DNA from: a bacterium
GTDB lineage: Bacteria > UBA8248 > JACPRG01 > G963555815
Reading direction: 5' to 3'
Length of the DNA stretch: 64,000 bases
Assembly: GCA_965218795.1 (NCBI GenBank)
Contig: OZ244653.1
Coordinates: forward strand, 256,001-320,000
Of this stretch, positions 30,083 through 38,345 are shown piece by piece (position 1 is the stretch's first letter; each line of letters starts with the position of its first letter). The translations under genes were made by a program, and so were the position numbers. The notes beneath the pieces are model-generated. The model was given only the letters and a program-made list of their open reading frames with translations. It was not told the origin of the DNA and did no database searches.

Positions 30083-30949
30083 TCAGCAGGCCAGCAGGAT
30101 CTCGCGGACCACGCTGGCGGCCGTGACCGAGGAAATGCCTGAAGGATCGATGCCGGGCGATAGCTCTACGACATCCGCGCCGACCACGTTCCTCCCCTCA
30201 AGCCGGTGGATGATGGATTCGAGCTCAAGGAAAGTCCAGCCCCCGGGTTCGGGGGTCCCGGTGCCGGGCAGGACGGAGGGGTCGAGGACATCCAAATCGA
30301 GACTCAGGTACAGGGGCCTTCCCGCAAATCCGTCGAGCATGCCGGAGAGGTTCTCCTGGGCTACGGGCTGCACTTGGGTGGACCGGCGCGAGAACCCCAT
30401 TTCCTCCCGGGTCCCGGAACGGATGCCGCACTGAACCAGGGTCACGTTTTCCGACAGGTCCAGCAATCGGCGCATGACCGTGGCGTGGGAATGGCGGCCC
30501 CCCTCATAGTCGTCCCGCAGGTCGGCGTGGGCGTCCAACTGGAGCACCAGGAGATCCGGATGTTTCTCTTGGATGGCTTCGGCCAGGGGCAGGGTGATCA
30601 AGTGCTCCCCGCCCAGGGCGAGAATCCGCTTTTCCGATCGGATGATCTCGGCGCTCTTGGAGCGAATGGTTTCCAAAGGGCGTTCCAGGCCTTTCCCGCA
30701 CTCCCGGGAGCCTCGGGGGAGATCCAAGTCGCCCGCATCGGCGATCGACAGGTCAGTCAGGTCACGGCGGAACCGCGGGCTGTAGGTCTCCAGTCCGTGC
30801 GATGCCGCCCGGAGGGCGGCCGGCCCCATCCGGGTGCCCGGACGAAAGGTAACGGTTTCTTCCAGGGGACATCCGAGGAGAACCCATTCCGCGTCGGAAA
30901 TGGAGCCGTCCGCGGAGAGAAAGCGAATCGCTTCGTCTGAAGAGCTCAC
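30083..30949 (-). CDS. speB: Agmatinase (ureohydrolase family)
   Basis: GGEHLIT, DAHADLRD, SHAT, DLDVLDPS..PGTGTPEPGG; GTG overlaps the speE stop. Confidence 0.92.
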   Translation of the reverse strand: MSSSDEAIRFLSADGSISDAEWVLLGCPLEETVTFRPGTRMGPAALRAASHGLETYSPRFRRDLTDLSIADAGDLDLPRGSRECGKGLERPLETIRSKSAEIIRSEKRILALGGEHLITLPLAEAIQEKHPDLLVLQLDAHADLRDDYEGGRHSHATVMRRLLDLSENVTLVQCGIRSGTREEMGFSRRSTQVQPVAQENLSGMLDGFAGRPLYLSLDLDVLDPSVLPGTGTPEPGGWTFLELESIIHRLEGRNVVGADVVELSPGIDPSGISSVTAASVVREILLAC

Positions 30950-31800
30950 TTCAGCAGATCTTTTACGAATCGGGGGAGTTGCAAGGCGGCGAGGTGGATG
31001 TCGGGCGTATAGAACCTCGTTTCCAGACTCCGTTTGCTGAAGCGATCGGCGTAGGGGCCGTCCAGCGGGCCGAAGGCCTTGCCGGCAAAGGAGAAGCTCC
31101 AGTGGCCGCCGGGATAGGTGACCACCGGTGCGAGATAGAGCCGTACGTGAGGAAAGATTCCGCGGAGCCTTTGCACGACGGAGCGGACAATGTCGCCGTC
31201 GAAGAAGGGCGACTCGCTTTGGAGTGCCAGCACGCCATCCGGACGGAGGCACTTCGATACGCTTCGAAAGAACGGCTCCTCGAACAGGCCGACCGCCGGA
31301 CCCACAGGATCCGTGGAGTCCACCAGCACGACATCATAGGAATCCGGATGTTCGCGGACGAATTGGATCCCGTCTTCACAGAAGATACGAGTCCGGGCGT
31401 CGTCGAACCCGACGCTCAGCGCGGGGAGGAACTTCCTGGAGACTTGAATGACCATTTCATCGATCTCGACCAGGTCGGCCCGCTGAACCGAGGGGTGTTT
31501 CAGGACTTCCCGAAGGGTGCCTCCGTCCCCTCCGCCGATGATCAAGATATTGCGGGGGTTCGGATGCGCGCAGAGGGGCAAATGGGTCAGCATGTCGTGG
31601 TAGACGAATTCGTCCCGTTCGGTGAGCATGATGATCCCGTCCAGCGTCAGGAGCCGGCCGAATCCCTCGGTCTCGAAGACTTCAACAAGCTGGAAGGGGC
31701 TTTGCTCGCGAAAGAGCCGATCCTTGATTCGAAGGCCGATCAGGTATTCGTCATGGTGGGAATCCGTCAACCATTCTGAATTGGATTCGCCGGTGGGCAT
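30946..31800 (-). CDS. speE: Polyamine aminopropyltransferase (spermidine synthase)
   Basis: DEFVYHDML, LIIGGGDGGTLRE, VEIDE, DSTDPVGPA. Confidence 0.96.
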   Translation of the reverse strand: MPTGESNSEWLTDSHHDEYLIGLRIKDRLFREQSPFQLVEVFETEGFGRLLTLDGIIMLTERDEFVYHDMLTHLPLCAHPNPRNILIIGGGDGGTLREVLKHPSVQRADLVEIDEMVIQVSRKFLPALSVGFDDARTRIFCEDGIQFVREHPDSYDVVLVDSTDPVGPAVGLFEEPFFRSVSKCLRPDGVLALQSESPFFDGDIVRSVVQRLRGIFPHVRLYLAPVVTYPGGHWSFSFAGKAFGPLDGPYADRFSKRSLETRFYTPDIHLAALQLPRFVKDLLK

Positions 31801-31829
31801 GCCGAGCCTGCTTACAGAAATCGGTGGAT

Positions 31830-32297
31830 TCAGTTCCACAGGACGACGGCGGCGACGACAGCGCCGTGATGCTCGACCTTGTGTTCGACGCTCCGGGATA
31901 CAACCTGCCGGATCGGCCTGCCGCGCACCTTCATGCCTTCGGCGGCCATCCGGCGGACCATCCCCTCGACTTCTTCGCACGGACCCAATTCCCCGGCCTC
32001 CATGATGAGCCCCGGATCATCCTCATCTTCAGGGAAGGCGATGGCCACCGCGGCGGAGATGATCCGGCCGGGCTCTTCGCTGGCAATGGTGCCGTAGGCG
32101 GTCGGGACCAGCGCCCCGGGGGGGAGGCGGATCGGAGCGACTTCCTGGCATTGAGGGGGAAGGATGCTGCTCATTTTGACGAGATTCGTGTTGCCGATAC
32201 AGGCTGACATCAGAGCCGCGTCAAAGGCGTTCAGGTTGGAGACGCCCTCGGCGCGACCAACCGTGATGAAGTACTTCGTCGGGGTGGGAAAAATCAC
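31830..32297 (-). CDS. pdaD: Pyruvoyl-dependent arginine decarboxylase (PdaD-like)
   Basis: [23 protein letters not shown] with Ser-Ser self-cleavage site; GTG 32297 with GGAG RBS. Confidence 0.9.
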   Translation of the reverse strand: MIFPTPTKYFITVGRAEGVSNLNAFDAALMSACIGNTNLVKMSSILPPQCQEVAPIRLPPGALVPTAYGTIASEEPGRIISAAVAIAFPEDEDDPGLIMEAGELGPCEEVEGMVRRMAAEGMKVRGRPIRQVVSRSVEHKVEHHGAVVAAVVLWN

Positions 32298-32317
32298 ATT
32301 CAACGCTCCATCCGGTA

Positions 32318-32716
32318 TTATTTCATCGCCAGAGCTTCCGGCTTGTGCCGGAGAACTCCGTCGGAAGGGCTGATTTTGCCCCGCGGAACTTCTTTGCATT
32401 CGCAGAAGCCCGCCTTCAGGACAACCCGCAGAAACTCAATGGCGGATTTCGGCGCGACGTTCTTGCCGCAGGTGAAGAAGTCGGCCGCCGCGAACCGATA
32501 TTCGGGCCATGTGTGAATGGCAAAGTGGGATTCGGCGATGACCACCACCCCGCTCACCCCGTGAGGATTAAAAAGATGAAAAACGCTGTTGACGATGGTG
32601 GCGCCGGACCTGTCGGCGGCGTCCCTCATCGCCTCTTCAAGCAGTCCTACGTTATTGAGGATGTCTTCGTCGCAGTCGGAATACTCGACGAGAAGATGGC
32701 TACCAAGAGCATTCAA
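32318..32716 (-). CDS. speD: S-adenosylmethionine decarboxylase proenzyme (class 1B)
   Basis: [38 protein letters not shown]; TTG start with GGAGG RBS. Confidence 0.95.
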   Translation of the reverse strand: MNALGSHLLVEYSDCDEDILNNVGLLEEAMRDAADRSGATIVNSVFHLFNPHGVSGVVVIAESHFAIHTWPEYRFAAADFFTCGKNVAPKSAIEFLRVVLKAGFCECKEVPRGKISPSDGVLRHKPEALAMK

Positions 32717-33422
32717 TGGTCCGTCCTCCCATCGGGGGATTCCCGCGCTCCGTCGGGTTTTGCCGTATACGACGGCCCGGGTCGGAACGGGAGAGGGAAG
32801 ATCATGGACCGCGCGCCCGACCAAGGGCCGCACGGATAAGCCGACACAGAGTACAGCACCGCCGCCGTCATCCGGCAAGAGGCTTGCACCAGCCCCGGCC
32901 GATTGGCTGAGATTCACAGAGACCCGCCTGGCCAGCGCGAGCGGGCATCAGGTAACGTCCGATGAGTTTTGTGAATGCCGGCGGAGGAATCCGCTCCGCG
33001 AATACTATTCGATCCGGGCGTGGGGCTTATATCGATCGGGATCAGGTCGGCCGAGCGCCTCTTCGATCCCAGAATCTCCAATGAGCAAGGTTTCTCTCGG
33101 CATCTTGAAACACCCCGCCGCGGATTGGGGAAAAACAACGAATCAAACCGAGCCGGGCATCGACTCGGAGGGACTGTATCGGAAGCGCTTCCAAGCCGCT
33201 CGAATCACTCTTGGCCGGCCCCGAGACCCGGCGATACGACACCCCCAGGGCGCCTCTACTGGAAGCCGGATTTGAAGGATATATCCGTGATTCAATGCCC
33301 TGTCAAGCGCTAATTCGGACGGGGGCGAACTTCGTCGGATTGACACGTTCTTTGGGCCGGTGATAGCTTAGTCAACAAGAGGTTTTCCCGAGCAAATCTT
33401 GTCGGCACAGGAATCGAATTCG

Positions 33423-34322
33423 ATGGGAAGACACCTGGGATTTTTGGCTGAACCTGTCGCCTCCCTTGTTCATCTCGACTGTCAAATCCCTGATTCTCAT
33501 CCTTCTGCCGTAATCCTGGGAACGGAACGGAGCGGGTCGGGAGTGGTCGTGGACCCAGACGGATATGTCGTGACCGTCGGCTACGTCGTGATGGGCGCCG
33601 AGGATCTGAGCGTCGTCTCCAACGACGGTGACCGCCACGAGGCCCGAGTGGTCCATTTGGACCACGAGAGCGGACTCGCCACGGTTCGCGCCGAGGGATT
33701 GCAGGCGCCGGCCGCCGAATTGATGTCTTCGAAAGGCCTCCAGCCCGGGGATTCGGTTGTGCTCCTGGCCAGCAACGGGGAGGAGGCGGTCCGGGGGACG
33801 ACCGGGTTCGTGACGGATCTCGGTCCGTTCGACGCTCACTGGGAATACATGCTGGATCGAGCCATCAAGAGCACCGCGATGAATCCTGGCCTGGGAGGAG
33901 GCGCCTTATTGACGATGGACGGAAAGGTCCGGGGGGTGGTCTCGCTCAATTTGAATCTGATCGGGATTTGCTCCCTGAGCATTCCTGTCGAGTCGTTTCT
34001 TCGAAGCCCGGATCCGTTCCTGGGCCGGGCCAGTGACCGAAGCCGCGTGCACAGGCCTTGGCTGGGGCTCTTTCCCCGGCCGTTGGAGAAGGGGGTCTTG
34101 GTGGCGGGGGTGGTGCCCGGGGGACCGGCGGAAGAGTCCGGAATCGAATCCGGGGATGTCCTCCTCTCCATCAACGGGGAGGAAGTCACGTCAAGGAGAG
34201 AGTTTTACGAGAAACTCTGGCAGGGCCACGCGGGAGATGATGTGACCCTGACGGTGTACAGGGAAAAAAGCCTGGAAACCGTGCGCGTTTCCAGCCGAAG
34301 CCGCGCTGATTTTTACGGCTGA
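33423..34322 (+). CDS. S1C/HtrA-like trypsin fold + PDZ protein lacking canonical catalytic His and Ser
   Basis: RSGSGVVV, VTVGYVV, NPGLGGGAL, RPWLGL, GPAEESGIESGDVL. Confidence 0.85.
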   Translation: MGRHLGFLAEPVASLVHLDCQIPDSHPSAVILGTERSGSGVVVDPDGYVVTVGYVVMGAEDLSVVSNDGDRHEARVVHLDHESGLATVRAEGLQAPAAELMSSKGLQPGDSVVLLASNGEEAVRGTTGFVTDLGPFDAHWEYMLDRAIKSTAMNPGLGGGALLTMDGKVRGVVSLNLNLIGICSLSIPVESFLRSPDPFLGRASDRSRVHRPWLGLFPRPLEKGVLVAGVVPGGPAEESGIESGDVLLSINGEEVTSRREFYEKLWQGHAGDDVTLTVYREKSLETVRVSSRSRADFYG

Positions 34323-34395
34323 GCCTCGATGGTGCGCTGAACCCGGCAGCGCCAACCACGTTTCCGGCCAGCAGAACCCCACTCCTCCTCCTGAA

Positions 34396-35424
34396 TCAGA
34401 AGGGTGCTGGTTTCGCTGGAACATCCGGGACAAACCGATTGGTGAAGAAACTCCCGGGTTGGAACTCCCGGGTCAGTTGACGCCCCCGAATGAGCAACGA
34501 TTGAAGCATCCCCACGCGGGCTTCTTCCAGAAATCCCAGTCCCGGGTGCTTCAGGCTTTCAGGCGACCAGCTCTTGAGATAAACGCGCCATTCGGCCGCT
34601 GCTCCTTCCGGCCGGTAGCGCGGAAAGGTTCTCAGAAACAGGTCGACGGCTTCGGCAGGGTGTTCCATGGCTCCGGCGATCCCGCGAATCGTGGCGCCCA
34701 CCATGCCTCGAACCACCTCCGCATTCTCCTCAATCATTCGCAGCGGTGTGATCAGACAGAGACTATAAATGTCGACGCCTTCGGAAATGTAGGGGAACGA
34801 CACAACGTTCAGGTTTTTGCGTTTCGCCGCTCGCTCATAGCGCCACCGCGAGGTCTCAGTGGTGACAACGGCGTCCGCCTTCCTGTCGAGGAGGGCGACG
34901 ATTCCGTCTCGGGGGGGGATGTTCTTCCACCGAAGGGATTGGAGAGAGAGGCCCGCGCGCTGGGCGAAAGCCGGAAACAGAATTCGGGAAAAAGAGGAGA
35001 TGGGGCCCGCCAGCCTTTTCCCTTTGAATTCCGCCGGCTTTCGAGCCCCCGATCGCTCCAGGGCGATGAGCATGCCGGGGAATCTCTCCATCAGCAAGGC
35101 GACGGCGTACACATCCAATCCCTGCGTCCGCGCTTCGATCACAGCGGCCAGCTCGCCGACGGCAAATGCCTCTTGACGCTTGAGCGCCGCGCGGACCGAA
35201 TGGCCCGACCCCCTGCCGCGCTCGATGGTGACAAGCAGCCCGGCCCGGGCGTAAAAGCCCTTGCGCTGCGTGTAGATGATACCGGCATGAAGACCGTTGG
35301 GCGGTGAATTGAGAATCAGGGTGACGTTCTTCGCCGCCAAGACGGCGTCGGGAGACGCCCCCAGGGCGAGGGGGAGAAGGAACAACCAGGAGCACAGGGT
35401 CCGGGACCCGGCGCCAAGGGTCAT
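34396..35424 (-). CDS. NMT1/THI5-like ABC substrate-binding protein
   Basis: Signal peptide, KGFYARAGLLVTIERGRGS, PAEFKGKRLA. Confidence 0.82.
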   Translation of the reverse strand: MTLGAGSRTLCSWLFLLPLALGASPDAVLAAKNVTLILNSPPNGLHAGIIYTQRKGFYARAGLLVTIERGRGSGHSVRAALKRQEAFAVGELAAVIEARTQGLDVYAVALLMERFPGMLIALERSGARKPAEFKGKRLAGPISSFSRILFPAFAQRAGLSLQSLRWKNIPPRDGIVALLDRKADAVVTTETSRWRYERAAKRKNLNVVSFPYISEGVDIYSLCLITPLRMIEENAEVVRGMVGATIRGIAGAMEHPAEAVDLFLRTFPRYRPEGAAAEWRVYLKSWSPESLKHPGLGFLEEARVGMLQSLLIRGRQLTREFQPGSFFTNRFVPDVPAKPAPF

Positions 35425-36206
35425 ACTCTGACCAGACCGATTCGTTCCTGAATCTCTCGCACGTACTCGAGAAATTTCGGCTCCAGGCGGTGGTCCGCAT
35501 TCCGGGGACGCGGAAGCGTGATATCGATGATCTTGTTCACCTTGCCCGGGCGGGGGGTCATGACGACGACGCGATCCGCCAGGAAGACGGCCTCACTGAT
35601 GCTGTGAGTGATGAGGAGACAGGTCTTCTTGGTTTCCTGCCAGATTCGCAACAACTCCAGGTTCATGGCCTCGCGGGTAAGGGCATCGAGGGCGCCGAAG
35701 GGCTCGTCCATCAGGAGAAGCGGCGGATTGTGGATCAACGCCCGGCTGATGGATACGCGCTGCTGCATGCCGCCCGAGAGCTCCTTCGGGTACTTGGTTT
35801 CGAACCCCTCCAGGCCGGTCACTTTGATCAGTTCCATGGCGCGCTTTGAGTACTCGTCATCGTCTAATCCGAGGATTTCCACGGGGAGCATGACGTTGTC
35901 GAACACGTTTCGCCATTTCGGAAGGACCGGCGCCTGGAAGACCATCCCGACGTCGGACAGGGGGCCCGTCACGTCGTGACCGTTGACCTGCATCATTCCA
36001 GCGGTCTTTGGAAGAAGACCCGATATGATCTTGAGCAGGGTGGTCTTCCCGCAGCCGCTTTGGCCGACGACGGTGACGAATTCCTCGTCCTCTACGTGCA
36101 GGTCGACGTTGTCCAGCGCGTGGACGTCGCCGTTCTTCGTGACATAAGTCTTATCGAGGTTCTTGATTTCAATAACCGTTTTCCGGCTCACCGCAAACAC
36201 CTCCAC
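35421..36206 (-). CDS. ABC ATPase, NitT/TauT (TauB/SsuB-like)
   Basis: GQSGCGKTT, LSGGMQQR, DEPFGALDALTRE, THSISEAVFLADR. Confidence 0.95.
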   Translation of the reverse strand: MEVFAVSRKTVIEIKNLDKTYVTKNGDVHALDNVDLHVEDEEFVTVVGQSGCGKTTLLKIISGLLPKTAGMMQVNGHDVTGPLSDVGMVFQAPVLPKWRNVFDNVMLPVEILGLDDDEYSKRAMELIKVTGLEGFETKYPKELSGGMQQRVSISRALIHNPPLLLMDEPFGALDALTREAMNLELLRIWQETKKTCLLITHSISEAVFLADRVVVMTPRPGKVNKIIDITLPRPRNADHRLEPKFLEYVREIQERIGLVRV

Positions 36207-36388
36207 CCGAGAGCAAGGAAATCATCGACCAGACAAACGGCCGCTTGCGATCCGTTGTCGCAGGAGTCACACGTACCTCTACGCCTTGATAGGTGAGAAA
36301 CTACCATCGCCGTGAATAGACTGTCAAGGAAATTGACCATTGAGTTTTTCCGGTCCCGGCAATTCCACGAGCCGCGCGGTTTCGCTCC

Positions 36389-36417
36389 TTGACACCTCTA
36401 TGGCCTTTTGCTAGAAA
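36389..36417 (+). promoter_or_regulatory. Putative sigma70 promoter for ilvC
   Basis: TTGACA-17 nt-TAGAAA with TG at the extended -10 position. Confidence 0.5.
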
Positions 36418-36459
36418 ACCACATCTCTTCGAAGACCCGACAAGAAGGGTGACTGGATC

Positions 36460-36506
36460 CGCCTGGCCTGGGACTGCAACCATAAGAGGCCGGGCGCTTT
36501 TTCTTT
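36460..36506 (+). terminator. Terminator-like hairpin in the ilvC leader
   Basis: CGCCTGGCCT pairs with AGGCCGGGCG and is followed by CTTTTTCTTT. Confidence 0.45.
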
Positions 36507-36577
36507 GCGGTCCAATCCCGGCGCCTGAGCGAAGGAGCCGCGGGACGCGGCCCGAAATCCGAGAGGGAGAGTGGAAG

Positions 36578-37576
36578 ATGAAGGTTTTGTACGAAGAGGA
36601 TTGTGACCTGAATCTTTTGAAAGATAAAACCGTGGCCGTCATCGGGTACGGCAGCCAGGGACACGCGCACGCGCTCAACCTGGCGGACAGCGGCGTCCAG
36701 GTGGTCATCGGGCTTCGCGAAGGATCGAAATCCTGGGAGAAGGCCCAGTCCGACGGCCTCGAGGTCATGACGTCGGCCGATGCGGCCGAGGCGGGCGATC
36801 TGGTCGCCATCCTCACACAGGAACACGTGCAGAAGGACCTCTGGGAAAATGACATCGGTCCGAACATGAAAAAGGGCGATGCCCTTGTGGTGGCCCATGG
36901 TTTCAATATCCTCTACGGGCAGGTGATTCCGGGGCCTGAAATCGACATCATCATGATGGCTCCCAAGAGCCCGGGCCACATTTTCCGGCGGATGTTCACG
37001 CAGGGAAGGGGCGTGCCGGGACTTTTGGCCGTACAACAGGACGCAACGGGCAACGCCCGGGACCTCTGCCTGGCCTATGGCAAGGGGATTGGATGCGCGC
37101 GGGCGGGAATCATCGAAACCACGTTCAAGGACGAGACCGAGAGCGATCTGTTCGGCGAACAGGCCATCCTGTGCGGAGGCGTCACTGCGCTCATTCACGC
37201 CTCCTTCGACACATTGATCGAGGCCGGATACGCTCCGGAAATCGCCTACTTTGAATGTCTGAACGAGCTCAAGCTGATTGTTGACTTGATCTTCGAAGGC
37301 GGCATTCAGCTCATGCGCTACTCGGTTTCCGATACCGCCCAGTACGGTGATTTGACCCGGGGCCCCCGCATCATCGATGAGCATGTCCGCGAGAAGATGC
37401 GGGAGATCCTCCGTGAGATTCAGACCGGACAGTTCGCGCGCGAGTGGATCCTCGAGAACCAATCGGGCCGCCCGGTCTTCTACCGTCGGAATGACGAGGA
37501 CAATTCGCTCCTCATCGAGAAGGTTGGGGAGGAACTCCGTTCCATGATGAGCTGGACCAAAGAGCTGAACGGCTGA
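36578..37576 (+). CDS. ilvC: Ketol-acid reductoisomerase
   Basis: [51 protein letters not shown]. Confidence 0.98.
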   Translation: MKVLYEEDCDLNLLKDKTVAVIGYGSQGHAHALNLADSGVQVVIGLREGSKSWEKAQSDGLEVMTSADAAEAGDLVAILTQEHVQKDLWENDIGPNMKKGDALVVAHGFNILYGQVIPGPEIDIIMMAPKSPGHIFRRMFTQGRGVPGLLAVQQDATGNARDLCLAYGKGIGCARAGIIETTFKDETESDLFGEQAILCGGVTALIHASFDTLIEAGYAPEIAYFECLNELKLIVDLIFEGGIQLMRYSVSDTAQYGDLTRGPRIIDEHVREKMREILREIQTGQFAREWILENQSGRPVFYRRNDEDNSLLIEKVGEELRSMMSWTKELNG

Positions 37577-37851
37577 CGGAGGCTATTGACACCCCTGGCG
37601 AGAGGGAATAACTTCAAACTCGGACTGTTCGCCGGGCTCCGGTCTCCGGCGTACGAATATCCCGGATCGAGACGGTTGTCCGTCGAGAGTCGGGGAATAT
37701 GTCCGTCCCCGGCAAGGTTGGCATCGAGTGAAAGACGATGCGGCATCGGCGTTCCTGCCGGATTTTGATTGATGACCGGGGGGGAGGGATTTGCCGTCTT
37801 CAGGGATGAGGGCGGTGTGCAGGTTTCGGGGGATCAATCGGAGGCGCTGCA

Positions 37852-38277
37852 TTGAGCCGGAAGCAACTTCAGTTCGTCGGCGGCGGAATCGTTATCTTCG
37901 GGGCCATCGTCTACCTCTCCATCACCGGCATGTCCCAGGGAATGAGCTACTTTCATGAAGTCCATGAGATCAAGGCGCGCGCCCAGGAATTGTACGGCAA
38001 GGGGCTTCGCGTGTCGGGCAATGTCCAGCCGGGCAGCATCCGGAAGACGGCCGATCACAGGGTGTATGATTTCCAGGTGACGGACGGCAAGGCTTCGCTG
38101 CCCATCCATTTCGAAGGGATCGTACCGGACCTGTTCAAGGACGGCGCCGAGGTGATCGTCGAAGGGAAATTTCGAAAGGATGGGGTTCTCGTGGCCAACA
38201 ACGTCATGACGGCCTGCCCTTCCAAGTATGAAGCCGAGGCCAAGGCCGAGTACGGGTCCAAATCCAAGATGAATTAA
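37852..38277 (+). CDS. ccmE: Heme chaperone CcmE, CxxxY (System I*) type
   Basis: N-terminal TM, LRVSG, PDLFKDGAEVIVEG, ACPSKY. Confidence 0.93.
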   Translation: MSRKQLQFVGGGIVIFGAIVYLSITGMSQGMSYFHEVHEIKARAQELYGKGLRVSGNVQPGSIRKTADHRVYDFQVTDGKASLPIHFEGIVPDLFKDGAEVIVEGKFRKDGVLVANNVMTACPSKYEAEAKAEYGSKSKMN

Positions 38278-38345
38278 GTCACCCCGCGTCCGTTCGATGG
38301 GCTGGGGGGATGACATCCGGCGCTGTCGAGTCGAGCACTTCCTGA

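Noticed and set aside
32717-33398. tmRNA, RNase P, 6S or SRP RNA in the long intergenic region
   Set aside because: No GAGGAAAGTCC, tRNA-like ends or SRP loop motif recognisable.
37620-37850. Riboswitch in the roughly 230-nt ccm leader
   Set aside because: Only short GC hairpins; no recognisable aptamer core or terminator.
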